A stretch of DNA of 64,000 nt, taken from Octopus vulgaris (Eukaryota). Location: the NCBI GenBank assembly GCA_951406725.2, contig OX597819.1:94922001-94986000 (forward strand). Reading direction: 5' to 3'. Numbering within the stretch: position 1 is the first letter of the stretch; every line of letters begins with the position of its first letter. The position numbers and the translations under genes were made by a program. This document shows, piece after piece, positions 44,567 to 58,223 of the stretch. The notes under the pieces were generated by a model. It did no database searches and had not been told where the DNA came from. It was given only the letters and a program-made list of their open reading frames with translations.

Positions 44567-45353
44567 TTGGCGGTCTTTAGCTCAGTGTTTGTTACTGATG
44601 TGGCAAATGACTGCGTACCAAATGTGAATTGAGCCCCTGAAGTTTGAGGTTCAATCTTTGAGATAGTATAATCAGCTACTGTCATAGCAGTGATTCGATC
44701 AGCATCCAAGGTTTCACTTTCCGAGGTATGAGTAGCTCTGAGACTGGAAGGCGCATCGGAATTTTTATCAGGCTTATGAGCTTTACATGGCAATTCATCA
44801 ACAGCACTCTCATCTAAAACCCCCCACAAAACACTTGTACCACTCATGTTGGGAGTTAATGAGTTGGTATCTATCGTTTCCAGGTTCAGGTTTTCAGAGC
44901 GCTGAATCAACGAGGCCTGTGTATCTGCATCTATAATGAGGTTATTGGGAGATGACGGAGAATCGACTGGTGGTGTTCCAGGACTTGATAATGAACTCAC
45001 ACTGGTTTTCTCATAATCTCTCAAATTAATTATAACCACACTATCATGAGGGTTTTTATAATCAGATGAAGACGACTGCAAGCTGCCTCCTAAGTTGTCC
45101 ATAGATGACATGTAAAAATCATTGCCCCCTCCAAGAAGGCTATCAACCTGCGTTTGCAGCGTGTTCTGTGGTAAAATATCATTGGTGTCAACTGTTCCCA
45201 ACAAAGAATCATTCACATCAGATATGTCTTGGAAACTCTGCAAACCATTTGTTGGAGTCAACTGAAAGGCAGTATCTGAACCAGATACTGTAATAAACTC
45301 AGGAGTTGCTACCAATCCTGATGACACTGGATTTGCTCGATTTCCTAGTGACT
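44567..45353 (-). CDS. NFAT5: NFAT5-like large N-terminal Ser/Thr/Asp-rich exon
   Basis: 787 nt inside the 269-aa ORF. Acceptor ttttcag, donor AA|GTAAGT. The phase-2 exit matches the RHD exon at 34611. Confidence 0.85.
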
Positions 45354-45539
45354 CTGAAAAATTCAAATGCAAACTAATAATTTATCAAAAATTAGAAACA
45401 TTATCATTCGCTATATTTTAAATATATATCTTTTTTTGAATTGTTTTGTTATGTTTCGGGGACTTTTTTTATTTCGTCTTACACCATGAAAAAAATATAA
45501 GTTTTTCTTCTCTAATGAGTGTAATTGAATAAGCCTTAC

Positions 45540-45611
45540 CTGAAGCTTCTGAAGTTTTATTCAGGGAACGTTCAAAAGTTAGGCTTTCTGATATGAAAGG
45601 CAGATGACAAT
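45540..45611 (-). CDS. NFAT5: NFAT5-like exon (DCHLPFISESLTFERSLNKTSEAS)
   Basis: 72 nt, tattttcag acceptor, CAG|GTAAGG donor, open frame, phase 1 to 1, 186-nt intron to the next exon. Confidence 0.7.
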
Positions 45612-48573
45612 CTGAAAATATATCAAAGAAGAGAAAGGGGAAAAAAACATCACGGAAATCTAAGATTTAACTAAAGGAAGAGAACAACAAAACATTATAA
45701 TACAAGATTGCCAATTAATCACTAAAGACTCATCTAAAACATTTACAATATAGGGAGAAGCTATTCAGCAGATTTTGTATAAATCCTAAAAATTTTACCA
45801 AAGTATGAAATCTTATTATAGAAAAATGAAGGTGATGATGATAATAGTAATGATAATATATAATCTTTTCTTCTATAGGCACAAGGCCTGATTTTTTTTA
45901 AGCAGCGGGAGCTAGTCAATTGCACCAACCACAGCAATTTTGAAGGGAATGTGTTAGTTGATACTACTGACCCTGGTTCAAGACCTGTACTTTACCTTTT
46001 TTGACTCCAGAAGGATGACAGACAGTTGATCCCAACAGGATTTAAAACGAAAGGACAAAAAATCTTAAGATCATAAAGTTGGTAGAATTGGGTTTAATAA
46101 TTGACCTTAGTACTTGAATAATTTTATATTTTATTGGATTCACAGCTTTAGATTAAATTTTTGTCACTCAAACTTCTAACTTTTGAGTTCTTTATTCTAA
46201 GTGACCTCACCATGTTCCTTTGAACTTGTCACTGCAAAGAATACACATACCCATTCATGCGCACACACACACACACATATACACACACCCATTCATACAC
46301 ACACACATACATATATATTCACACATAAATATCTATATGCACACGTTTGTACATAGATACGCACATACATGCACACACACACACACACATATCTACACAC
46401 AAATACATACACATTTTCATAATTTTTGGATAAATGTTCTAATGACAATTCCAATTGCATGAGATAGTGTTGGAATAGGTTGAGTAATCAAAAAGTGTAC
46501 TAGCAGTTAGTTCCTATAAAAGAGGCTTCACCTCTTCTGATGCTTCACAGAAATTTACTTGCATAGAGCTATGGTAAAACATAAGCTGCCTTTAACATTG
46601 TTGATGGAAAAGCTGAAAGTATCAAAAACTCGCTGTTACATTATGCAGCATGATTCTGTGAATCCCTATCATTTATGCATGCCAACTTATAACTGCCGTC
46701 AGCGTCTAACTTGCACATAATCTTTGCCTAATCTTCTGCATGTTGTTCTAATTTCAGTATATGCACTACTGAATATCTCTAAAATCACATCTCATTATCT
46801 TAAGCAAGAGAAGGAATTCATTCATTCATTTCTATGTCTGTTATACTGTGCTAGCATGGTTTCAACAAATATATATTATCAAGGCTCTGTTTTACAACTG
46901 CGTACTCTTTTAGTCATTAACCCTTACCTGTTTTTCAAGTAAGCAAGTAAGGGTTCTCTTATTTCACATTTCTTTGAAAAAGCAGTGCCAGCAAAATTTG
47001 TTGATAGTGGAAATGACAACAATGCCACTGCATGCAGCACAGCAATTTTCAGAAACACAAATGTAATCTAACACATAAACACATGTGCATGCAGACACCC
47101 CACCACCTACATACACATGCCCACATAGCTACACAAACACACATACATACCCATACATTCAGTCTCCATCTACTAAATTTACTCACATGGCATCAGTCAG
47201 CCCAAGGTTATAAGAAGACACTTGCCCAAGGTGTTGCACACGATGGGACTGAACTCAAAACTATGTGGTTGCAAAGCAACCTTCTTGACCAAACAGCCAT
47301 GCTTGCACCCAAGTCTGAATTAAAGAAGGAATAGTCATGGCTGGAATAACTTTGATCATAGGTCCCCTAGCAAAGCTAAAAGAAAGGATACATTGCAAGA
47401 TATAATTCTGAATATATGATGTAATATGTCTGAATAAAAGACAAGACAGACACGGCTGACATGATTATGTCATAGGTCTGCTGTATCTGGTCTCATTTAC
47501 TGCTAAAGAACACAACCTACTCCTAATTCTTCTTAGTGATTTCCCAGAGAAATGACAAGTTTTGAGTTACAATTCTATGGTGCTGAATCAGTATATTTAA
47601 CTAATGCTATAGACTATTTTTGGCACTACTGCACTAAATAGTACCAGACAAATAAGCATGCCAGTACCATTTTTGTTCCTATACTACATTTAAGCAGTTT
47701 AACATTTTATCAACATCAACAACTTCAAACACACACACATAACATATAAAACAGAGTAGCACTTACATACTTCAACTACTAGTAAATTAAGGTGGCAGTA
47801 GCAGTGGTGATAGAAGAGTAGTAATGGAAGTTGTGCTTGTAACAGTGTGTGGTGGTGGGTGGGGAGGCACAAAACAAAAGAAGACTGAAAATAGTTTTTC
47901 AACTAAATAAATAAATATATAGATAAATAATAGCCAGGCTAAAATAGAATGTATTTTTAAACGGCAGTCTGTAGATTGCGCAAGGTCACTCTAACTGGGT
48001 ATATTTTTATGTACTCAGTTAGGTTATATTATAGAAGGTTGCACATGGTGAACTTAGATACATCATACACTACATTATCCGAGAGTAAAAATAGTTTACT
48101 GTTGGTTTTCATCACTGTTGTTGCTGTTTTAACCCTTTTATATCTTGTGTTTTCGATATGATGGGTAGGATAATTCTTCCAATTCATAAATGTTCTTGAA
48201 GTGCTGACGGAGTTGTTTCATAGTTGGGTGACCCATGTAATATATTATTATAGCTTAACCCAAGGTTAGCTGTGATTGGATAGACCTATGACCAAAGGCA
48301 TTCCAGTACTCACCATTCTGTTTTTTTCCTATGTACAACAATTCACCAAGAATTACATTACCCAATATGTGGTATTTTCCTCAGACAGTTATGTGTGATT
48401 TGAGTGAGATCTGGCTACCACATTTAGCATACTGAATGACTATACAGATCCTGCCTCATTCTTTTTATCTATTTTTTGATTAGTTAATATGTGAAGAAAT
48501 AAGCTTACATAAACTGAGTGAAGATCCTTCAACACAATTGTTGTGTTTACTTTTTTTTACATTTGTTATAACA

Positions 48574-48655
48574 GTCTCTGAAGATTTGATGATATAACTT
48601 GTTTATTAGGTATTTCTTTACATGACATATTATTGTTAATGAAATATGTGTAAGA
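48574..48655 (+). ncRNA. Degenerate hammerhead ribozyme
   Basis: TCT-CTGAAGA-TTGATGATA...TATTGTTAA-GAAA-TATGTG-TA-AGA. TATGTG is a plausible CpG-decayed CGCGCG palindrome. Confidence 0.55.
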
Positions 48656-49715
48656 ATACACTGAATAAATGTAAAAATTTATCTCCATAATTGTTGTATA
48701 TATTATATACCATATTTTCCAGTGTATAAGCTGCTATTTTTTACCTGGGAAATTTAAGTGTGCAGCTTATAGAAAACTGCACCTAATGTGTGTATTTTTT
48801 ACAAGTTTCAGGAGGAAAATAATTTGTGTATGGAGATCAACTGATTCCACTGATTTTTTCAGAGGAAAGGAAGGTCGGTGAACAATGTGAAAAACTACTG
48901 CTATAGTAATTTGGTGCCTGAAAGAAAACAAAGCATATTTGTTTTGTTTTACTTTCATGCTTTGATAATATTATTTTTAATCTAATAAAGATTTTAATAT
49001 TGACGAAATGTGTTTGTTGTTGATTATAGTAAGATAAAATCGTAACAATATGATGTTGAACTAGTGTGTGTGCATTATAATTGGCATAATGACCCTCCCA
49101 AAACACAACAATATACATAAATGTATACATACATATCTATTCTCTTCTCTCTATCTATTTACCCCTACCAGTACATTCTCAAAATTTCATTCACACTACA
49201 AGACCCCTTTGAACGAACAACACATGGAATTTATGCCTCCACACTATCTACTTGTAATAAAATATGAACTTCTATTGGAATCTACATACCATGGACAAGA
49301 AGCATTTCTACCCATTCTACACAACACTTTCCTTAGATAATGGAACTGCAACTGTAACATCTTACATATATTTTTACTTTTGTTTTTATTCTCTTATTTC
49401 CCTTTATATTTCCTATAGCCATCATTTTCCAAAATAACTCTTTATATTGAACTCTACTATTTCCTTCTGGTTTACTCTCTCATATCACCTTGTTGTCTCA
49501 TTTTATTTAACACACACACACATGTATGTATATATCTGCGTTCAACTCCATTTATTTACTTATACTACACAAATTACTGCACATTAACCTGGAGTTTCTA
49601 CCTTTGAATAGGTCGCTACATCCTTGTTACTTGTGTGAATTTTGCTACCCTGGTAACTGTTTATTGAATTTTCCATGTTAGCGGTAAACAAAGGATAATT
49701 CATTCATTCATTTAA

Positions 49716-49768
<53 letters not shown>

Positions 49769-51805
49769 CAGTAGTGGGAATTAGAATTGAGTGGAATACA
49801 TTCAAGGACCTATTACTGCTGCTACAATAAAGGGATTCTCTCTCCAAGCAAAGAGTATATTTTATAATGCTTGGGTATGAACTGTAATGTTGTGTGGTGG
49901 TGAAACATAAGCACTGAATGCAGAGAATGTATGTTGATAGGAAAGCAACAAAGTGAGCATGGTCTGCTGGATGAGTAATGTTAGTGTGCATGAATGATGA
50001 GGCACTGATAAGGAAAGAGTAAAATTAGGTGAAAAAGAAATCAGTTGTAGTGTGCAATAGATATGGCTATGCTGGTGTAGACATGTAATACAGAATTGTT
50101 TTAATGGTTACATAAGGCATATCAGATCATGTAGAAAGACTATGCCTAAAGAAAAAATTGATGAGATAGTCATTGCTAGAATATATTTGATCATAGGTCA
50201 GTGAAATCATGGCTGCCCTAGGGATAAGCAGCAATAACAGTCATCCATACTAATGTGGCAAATGAATGTAAAACAGAGAAAAATATGCCAAAGTTTTCTT
50301 TCTTATTTTCTTTTTCTTTCTTTTATTTTGTAAGTACCATACTTTTTATCAGCTACTGTTTGTCAAAAGGATTGCCAGATTATAGCTGGCAAATGAAATC
50401 AATGTGAAGTATCAATCCAGTTCTTAGCAATCACTATGTGTTTTTGTTGTTTCCTTAAGTTTTTATTACCAAACTCCTTGATATCCTTCAACCAAATGTT
50501 CACCATTAAGCTAAGTTTCAACTCTGCAACTTCTATTATTAATACAATAATCCCAGTTGCTTTGAACTTGTCAACACTTGAATATTTTTTCTGCCTCATT
50601 TCCCTCCCATCCTCCCTTAAACTCTGCTTTACCACTTTCTTTTCGCTATGGAACATACAGTAAACAAACTGCAGCTAACATGTATTCACGATGTGGCTTT
50701 AATTTTACAGGTGGTAACTACTGTAAAATCTCTACTGTGTAATTAACTTAGTGTTACCATACTTAAGAAAGGAAGCATTAAAAGGTTAACTAGAAATAAT
50801 TATGTCGAGAGGAAAAAAAGAAATTTTAATTAGTCAATTTCATTATTTTGGCAAGTACAAGAGAAAACTAGGCAGTTATTGGTCTTATGACATCATTATA
50901 CTTAGTGGTGAAATAGTAAAGAATAATTATTTAGAGGAGATGCTTTCCTGAATTATTTATCCTCAACCATATAGCTTAGAGCTGTTATTTTGTCACTAGC
51001 CTGGAGTTAACTAAACTAACTAAAGTTTACATATTCACTTCAGTTATATCATGATAAATCAGTCACATAACTCCACCTCTCTCTCTTTGTCTTGTTTGTG
51101 AACATGACATACATACAATGAACAGCTAACAACAAATTAACATTTTTGGCATATTTTAGATTTTATCCTGTTCTATGGTTTTATATCAATTTAGTTTATT
51201 GGAGCAACTATATTCACAGTTGGTTGCCTTTTCTACATCAGTGATAAGACATTGAACTCAACTGTAAATAGCTGATTGTAAAATAAGAATTAGTTACTCT
51301 GTAGAATAGTGCTTCTCAAAGTGAAAGACATTGTTCCCATGCAGGAGTGGGGAGTCTAGAAAACTTGGTATGCTACTGTGGACAGAGGGGACAGAAGGTG
51401 AGAGCAATAGATGTGTCAGCATAGTTTTCAGGTCTTTGTTTTCTATATAAATCTTAGCATTTAAAAAAAATTATATGCAATTTAATGATAAACTGTTTGT
51501 TAGCCATAAACACATCAACAATAATATTAATGGTTTTAAATTTTGACACAAGGCTAACGTGGAGGTGGGGTGGTGCAGGGGCTAGTTGATAACATCAATC
51601 TCAGTGTTCAGCTGGTGCTTATTTTACTGACCCTGAAAAAATCAAAAGTGAAGTTTGCCTTGGTGGAATTTGAACTCAGAACATAAAAAGCTGGAAAACA
51701 TCAATAATAATATCAATAGATATCAAAACGTTGTGGTGTTGTGGTAAGTAGTCGCCCACATCAAATTTGTAACCAGAAGTAATTATGCTGGCCTGATATT
51801 ACATA

Positions 51806-52675
51806 CATGGTGTGATCAATAAGTATTCGGACTGTGCCATTGTAGTGAACTTACTTATCACAGATTGACTTTGAACTCTGCTGTGCATGCACACTAAGTT
51901 TTAACGTTCTAGCTCACTTCACTTGTGTACAACAATGCTTGGAAGGAATGTGTGTAGCGTGTGATCGTTGTACTGACCATGACAGAAAGATGAGCAGAGA
52001 ATCTGCATCAAATTTTGCCAAAAGCTTGGCAATACCAGCCTAGAGGCCTACACAAAGTTTTCAAAAAGTTTTCATTGTTCTCAACACAATCAAGGAGATC
52101 TTGCACAACTGAAACCCGAGTGTCTTTTTGGTCAGTTGAAAGCAGTTTTGGCACAAACTTGGCAGACAAACATTTCATACCCAAATCTTCATTGATAATG
52201 GACTGAACTGAACTGTAACTAATTTGCACATCCTCTGATAACTCATGAATGATAATTCAACAATTTCTCCTCACAGCTGCACACACATCTGCAATGCTTT
52301 TCTCAGTTCTGCTGGTTGTGGGTTTCCCAGAACATTCATCAATATCGACATTTTTCAGCCATCTTGGAAATGTCTGAACCACTTGTACACTAGTGTGCGA
52401 CTCATACACTCCTCTCCATACAATTCTGCAACTTTGCGTAGGCCTCTGAGCAGGCATCGCCATGATAACTTTCTCTGTCATGGTCAAAGCGATGATTGCA
52501 CACTACACACCTTCCTTACAAGCATTACTGTAAACAATGGCAGTGAGGTAGACCGTTAAAATTTAGTGCACATGCACAGCAGAGTTCAAGATCAATCTTT
52601 GCTAAATGGCTTCACTTTGCATGCTTTAGCTTCATTACTATGGCAACAGTCCGGATACTTATTGATCAGACCTTG
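51806..52675. mobile_element. Mariner-derived fold-back element built from two 5' ends
   Basis: TIRs CATGGTGTGATCAATAAGTATTCGGACTGT / ACAGTCCGGATACTTATTGATCAGACCTTG with TA flanks. Inverted arms of about 250 nt both carry the transposase start (MTE..EQRICIKFCQKLG). The middle encodes LGMKCLSAKFVPKLLS on the minus strand. Confidence 0.85.
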
Positions 52676-55129
52676 TATATACACATTAAAAATGGTATGA
52701 AATGATGTTGCATCATAGCATGGAGACATTGAAAGAGAGTTGGTGAAAGAAAAGGTAAGATAATTAAAACAGTTCTAGAATATCATCACCCTTGTAACAC
52801 TGCCAAGTTGTTTGCTTTTGGGGCTTTTTTACTAGCTTGTACTGAGTTCATCTTCTGTTGGTATGGCCAACAGAGGAGTTAGAGATCTACAAATTTAACT
52901 TAACTCAAGATATACCACATGATAACGAAGTCTTCAGTTGTGCCCCTATAAACCAATGAGCTAGGAGACTCACAATCAATAACGTTATATATATATAGAG
53001 CTAATAAGGGCGCCTCTACACAGTCTCTCAACCTGCTAGGAACATTAAAGCAAATATCTCTCAAATCACACCATAATACCTTGAGAAAGGTTACATGCAA
53101 TGTCTTTTCTGAAATGGAACTGACCGTGACATAAACAACAACAACAAGAACAAAGTAGAAGTGATGTAGCAGACTGTATAAGGCAAGTAGAGTTGTGTAC
53201 TTTGTCTAATTTTCTAAATACAATGGCTAAAGCATGGTTAGAAACCCTGACACATTTCCTCCTCCCCCCACTCCTACTACTACCACCACCACCACCTCTT
53301 CCTCCTCTTAATACTACTACTAACCATATAAAAGTAAAATAAAAATTGTGTGTGTGCGCATGGGATGTTTTCAACTAAATAACTGAACAGCTATTGAAAA
53401 ACTTGTGTGGTTACATTATCTGTTAGAAGTAGCAGCCAAATCTCCCTGAAATCACAACCTGTCATCTTTAACACTTTTGAATTTAAAATGTAAACACTTT
53501 AATAGTGGCTGTTTTTGGATGGGTTGATTTTGAGAGTTAAAAAGAAAGAACTCCTTGGGTAATGCAATCAACTCTAGATACCCCAAATCTGAATAAAAGA
53601 TAGGATGGTCATGACAGGAGTGCTTTTGATCATAGGTTACCTCAATCAAGGATGACAGAGGGCTGCACAACAACAACAATTAAATAGACTGAAGAGATTA
53701 ATTTACTGTATCTATGGACACACAGTAATTAACTCATGACTTAATACTTTAACCTAGTAACTAATGAATTATACAGACAAAAATTAATATTATCGACATG
53801 ATTAAATTCTATTGAAATAGTTTTAATAGATTGAAATAAATAAATAAATAAAAGCTTTCCTTTATATAAATATTCGAATAATTATTTTCTTTCTTTAATT
53901 ACATTTATGACATTTTGTGTGAAATTACGTAAGACAGAAAAGAAAACTGGAAAAGTAGAACTTCAAATGGTGCAATTTAAATTAATATTAGATCTACAGT
54001 TATTTTAGCTCCTAATGAATAGATAAATTACAAAAATGTTAAAGAGGTGACATACATATATAATGATATGTTTTCTTATTTTGCTGGCCCAAATAAAAGG
54101 TCACAGGTTGTGGTTAAATTATAATGGAAAAATAAACAAAAGCTATTTTATCTGTAGAAATTGATAATAGACCAAAGTGAGTAATAAATTAAGCAATGCT
54201 ATCAAATTAAAATACATAAATTAGTGATTAATATGAATCACACATTTTGAGAATATTTGTGTAAAGGAGGTTCTAAAATAGCAGTTGAGATAGAAATTAG
54301 TAAATTATTTAATTCACAAAATATAATTAATGCCTCCTGAGATGAGAAAGATAAATAAATGAAGTAGCTGCCTGAGTGCTACAAGAAAGAATGGTTATTT
54401 ATAAACAAATAGTACAAATGTAGTCAGTGTATAGGAGGATAGCTAAAGTGCTGATCATGTGACTGACAGTTCATGTGTTCAAACCAGAACCATTGCACTG
54501 TGCTCCTAAACACAGGTAACTTAATTGCCAGCTACATGCAGTCTGACTAAAAACAATTTAAACCAAAAACTAAAAGAAAAAGAGAAAACTTTATGTGCAA
54601 GCAACTGGTTCCCTACATACTCATTCACTCTATTAGAAATAGTAGCCAAATCTCTCTCAACTCATTCACTACCATCTCAAAAAAGGTAAGATATATTGCA
54701 TAGTATAGTCATCAATACACTATCTAATTGAGCAGACTGATGGCTATGACTGGAATGACTTTCTTCATAAGTCTTCTTAACCAAATCTGATCAGGGGCTA
54801 CACATCAACTATGCAGATGTCATATGTCTACTCAAACAAACCTGACCTAGGGCTACACAACAACTGGTATAATAATACTAGCTACAGCATCAACAAGTCT
54901 GTGAGGGAACATCTATACTGTTGCTCAACTAGCTAGAAATAGTAGTCAAATCTCCCTTAGACCACATTATTGTATTAGATAAAGAATAATACAAATTGGA
55001 CAATGCAACTCTTAGACAAACATGAAAGAGAGAATGGTCATGGCTAGAATGCCTTTAATCTTAGATTTGCATCATAGTGTACCTTGAACTACATAATCCA
55101 ATGTATTTCATTTTTGTTAACTATATAGA

Positions 55130-55361
55130 AGGCGGCGAGCTGGCAGAAACGTTAGCACGCCAGGTGAAATGCGTAGCCGTACTTCATCTGCCGTTACGTT
55201 CTGAGTTCAAATTCTGCTGAGATCGACTTTGCCTTTCATCCTTTCAGGGTCGATAAATTAAGTACCAGTTACGCACTGGGGTCGATGTAATCGACTCAAT
55301 CTGTTTATCTGTCCTTGTTTGTCCCCTCTGTGTTTAGCCCCTTGTGGGTAGTAAAGAAATA
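55130..55361 (+). mobile_element. tRNA-derived SINE with conserved central core
   Basis: Head GGCGGCGAGCTGGCAGAA..GAGTTCAAATT, core GACTTTGCCTTTCATCCTTTC.GGGTCGATAAATTAAGTACCAG, probable TSD TATATAGA. Many older copies elsewhere (about 12600, 17950, 32400-32700, 51560). Confidence 0.85.
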
Positions 55362-58180
55362 TATATAGAGGTTCCCACATTGGTTCATTGACTTTAGAAG
55401 GATGAAATTATTTATGAATTCCCATATCATCCTTGTATTGGAAAGCATGCTAATTATCTTTGTACTATTGTAATGGCCCTACTGCGTTTTGAACCATAAC
55501 TCTCAGATTTACTCAGCTTGGAACCACAACCTACTGTATCACCAGCAAAGGAAAAGAGTTGCCATAAAAGGTATTAATACCTATGTGAATATGCCTTGAA
55601 CAATCAACATTGGTCAACTTATAGTTAATGCCATGAACTTCAAAAGAAGCATGCAATTTTTCCTGCCAAATAGTTTTCCCCAGAGTTCTGGAAAATGTGG
55701 CATACAGTTATAAAAAGCTAGCAGACTCAAACTCAGACTCAGACCTGAGAGCCACACAACTGTCTAAACAAATCTGTTACTTTGATCAGTGAATTGGTCT
55801 CTTGCCTTCTTTCACTCTTTCATATTTAACATGCTTATGTTGTATTTGACAAAAGGCACTAACCTTAAATTGTAGTATTGAATAACACACAGATTATTTG
55901 CTGTGGTTTGAATTCCTTCTATTTAGTTCATCTTCAGTGGCTATGCCCTACCTTCATAATATCATCAAGCATGCTGAATTACAGAAGACTTCTAACAATT
56001 ATATTTGCTATTTTATGAATGTTATTCCATTGAATTATTTATATGTATACATGAAATAATGTCGGTTAATAAAATATGAAAGCTCAAATAAATATAAGCG
56101 TGATCATAGTCATCTTCACATGCAACCTACCTAGACAGTAAACTACCAGTGAAGAATATATGACTAACCACCACCATAAAGTACCATTTGGATTATAGTT
56201 TTGTTACTGTTGAAGTATGTAATGCTATACAATTAAGCACACAATAATGGATTACTTTGTGAGTTCATTACATATCTATTTAGGGTAGGCTGCAAATGAA
56301 TTTCTGAATGACATCAACAGCAACTACCATTAAGAGCCAAAGAAGGAGCTTTATGGGGTTACTTGACCTGGTAAAAATAGCAACCAAATTCCCTCAAATT
56401 ACATCTGTACTGTTTTAAGTAAAGTGGGGAACAGACGCATTAGAGAATAGAACTTTAAATGCTCTTAAAGAGATAGGACAGCTGGAGTACATTTGATAAT
56501 AGGTCTGCTTAGACAGAGCTGAGTTGGAAGTAAGCAACAATAACTATTACAAATATTCCCACTTGACTGAATCATAATCTTACAGTTGTTACTGCTGCTA
56601 ATTAGAGCAAATACAAATTTTTTTAGTTAAACATGACCAATAATTAAATTTTTGTCTCCTAATGGTAACAACACTCTGAGGTTTTACTGACAGAAGAATT
56701 AGAAATGCTCTGCTCTTCCTTGCGATAAACCAATTTATTTCAATATTGGGTTTTTTAGAGTCATTATTTGCTGACACAGACTGTCACTAGTTTCCTTGGA
56801 TCCTGTTATTTACAGATTATACTTGATTCTATTGATGATAATATTCTTTTATCCTACAGATTATTGTATCCTTTTATCCTTATCTTTTTAAGGAGGCATC
56901 TGTATATTCTACCTGGTTTCTCAACAGCTTCCAGAGACTTATAATCAGCCAGTGATCTTTCAGGTCTAGAATTCACAGAACACTGATAAATCATATAACA
57001 CTTTCACCAGAATTACTATCACCTGCTATTACAGTTTCTGATCAGAATGAGTAACAGTTACTGAGGCGTCATTATTTCAATGTTTCATGCTTATCTCAGT
57101 TGGTGCTCACCATATCTGGCAGGTGGAATACATTATGATTGATGCCTGAACTTAAAACAGTTATGTTTTCTAAACATGATACTAAATCTATCATTGGTTT
57201 AAGCTAATTTTTTTTGTCTTGTTTTCATTTTTTTCACCACCACCTTCCTTCAATGAAACAATAGATTTTTACTAAAAAGTTTGATAATATATTCTCCCTG
57301 CCACCACACATACTTAAACAGCTGATATATCTACAATTTATAAGCAATAATCACACACACACATATGCTTATGTGTGTGTGTGTGTGTGTGTGTGTGTAT
57401 ACATATACATCATATACACATAAACACACATACATGGTGATCAGTTAAAATACAAGGTTAAAGGCAATGTTTATAATACTTAAATCAAAATGGTCAAAGT
57501 ATTTGACCTTATGTGGTATTTACACAAAAATATTCTATTCCTTATAAATATTTATAAAATATCATTTGAGAGATTCATTTCCATCATATTAATCTCTACA
57601 TTTTATTTCTCAAAACATTTCTTCTCACATTCTCTCTCTCTCTCACTCTCTTACTCTTTGAAACACAAATGTAAACCAACGACATACAGTCAAGTCAACT
57701 CTGTTATTAATATGGTATAGCAGTGTCGTACTCTGTACAAAAATAAAGAAATCTTCTTGAATGGTAAACCTTTCAACTTATACCTACTTCTTCCCATGAA
57801 AACTAAGGGACCCTCTACATGATCACTCAAAATAGTAGCTAAATATCACTCAAATGTCTTTCTACAGAGAGTTGGCCTCTCATCATAGGCCTGCTCTATC
57901 AGGACTTACCCTAGGACTAAACAATTACAAGAACACTTCAGTTTGAGGGGGTCACTGCAAGATCAAGGAGCAATATTTCATTCCCTAGTGTAAACATGAT
58001 GTATAAACCAGAACGGGAAGCTAATATTCAGTACAAACGCACACACACAATGATACTTATGAGTACCTCTAATAGAAAATGAACTCAATACATCTGTAAA
58101 GTATATATTTTTATTGAGGAAATTGAAGGTACACATCCTGAACCAACTTATAATAAATAAATTTTTAATTTTTATTATTA

Positions 58181-58223
58181 TAACTGCTTGATGATTCCCA
58201 GCTGAGATGAAACTGGTTAGTTG
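58181..58223 (+). ncRNA. Decayed hammerhead-like motif
   Basis: TAACTGC-TTGATGA-TTCCCAGCTGAGAT-GAAA-CTGG-TT-AGTTG, followed by a short tail and TA repeats. Several core deviations. Confidence 0.35.
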
